NCBI GenBank assembly: GCA_002633005.1 | Contig: NMRA01000011.1 | Location: forward strand, 299,451 to 363,450 | Reading direction: 5' to 3' | Length of the DNA: 64,000 bases | Source of the DNA: Phoronis australis | Taxonomy: Eukaryota > Animalia > Phoronida | In this document: positions 63,765-64,000 of the stretch, piece after piece | How the letters are laid out: every line of letters starts with the position of its first letter | Numbering within the stretch: position 1 is the first letter of the stretch | The notes under the pieces: generated by a model | Seen by the model: the letters and a program-made list of their open reading frames with translations, nothing else | Told to the model about the DNA's origin: nothing | Databases searched by the model: none | Program-made: the position numbers and the translations under genes

Positions 63765-64000
63765 CTACAAATCAAAATAGCTTGAGTTTTATACTTTTAA
63801 TGGGATTTTGAACTGCAATCCTGTCGAAACTTCATAAATATCAGAACTGTAGTTAGGTAAAACTACTGAGGGAATCTGCCTCCCGGGCGCCCAAAATAAT
63901 TGCCCCCCCCCCCAGGTCGTCGCAGATTTCAAAATATCCTTTTTGCCACAACTTCCACGCCTCGCCCAGCCATCGCCATCACATTCACGCCTAGCCCTCC

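Overview
Metazoan (probably marine invertebrate) genomic DNA, AT-rich and repeat-rich, with four single-N joins (13746, 59069, 60274, 61193). The main content is the 5' part of a minus-strand polycystin-1/REJ-family gene. It runs from an ATG at 34913 off the left edge, with 17 coding exons (about 5.07 kb, about 1690 aa) reconstructed by hand with consistent GT-AG splice phases. The architecture is a signal peptide split over three exons (one a 19-nt microexon), a WSC domain, multiple PKD repeats with an unassigned inserted domain, then the REJ module. At the right end are the last exon of an unidentified single-pass membrane protein (minus strand) and an intact tRNA-Thr(AGT) gene with a 26-nt canonical-position intron, an isotype not normally intron-containing in animals. 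Introns and intergenic DNA hold many non-autonomous DNA elements, including several short TIR elements with decayed THAP domains (Kolobok-like, TTAA-flanked), MITEs, a SINE, a Penelope-like fold-back and a perfect 26-bp hairpin. Most short ORFs in the supplied track look spurious. All family assignments come from motif recognition, not database searches.
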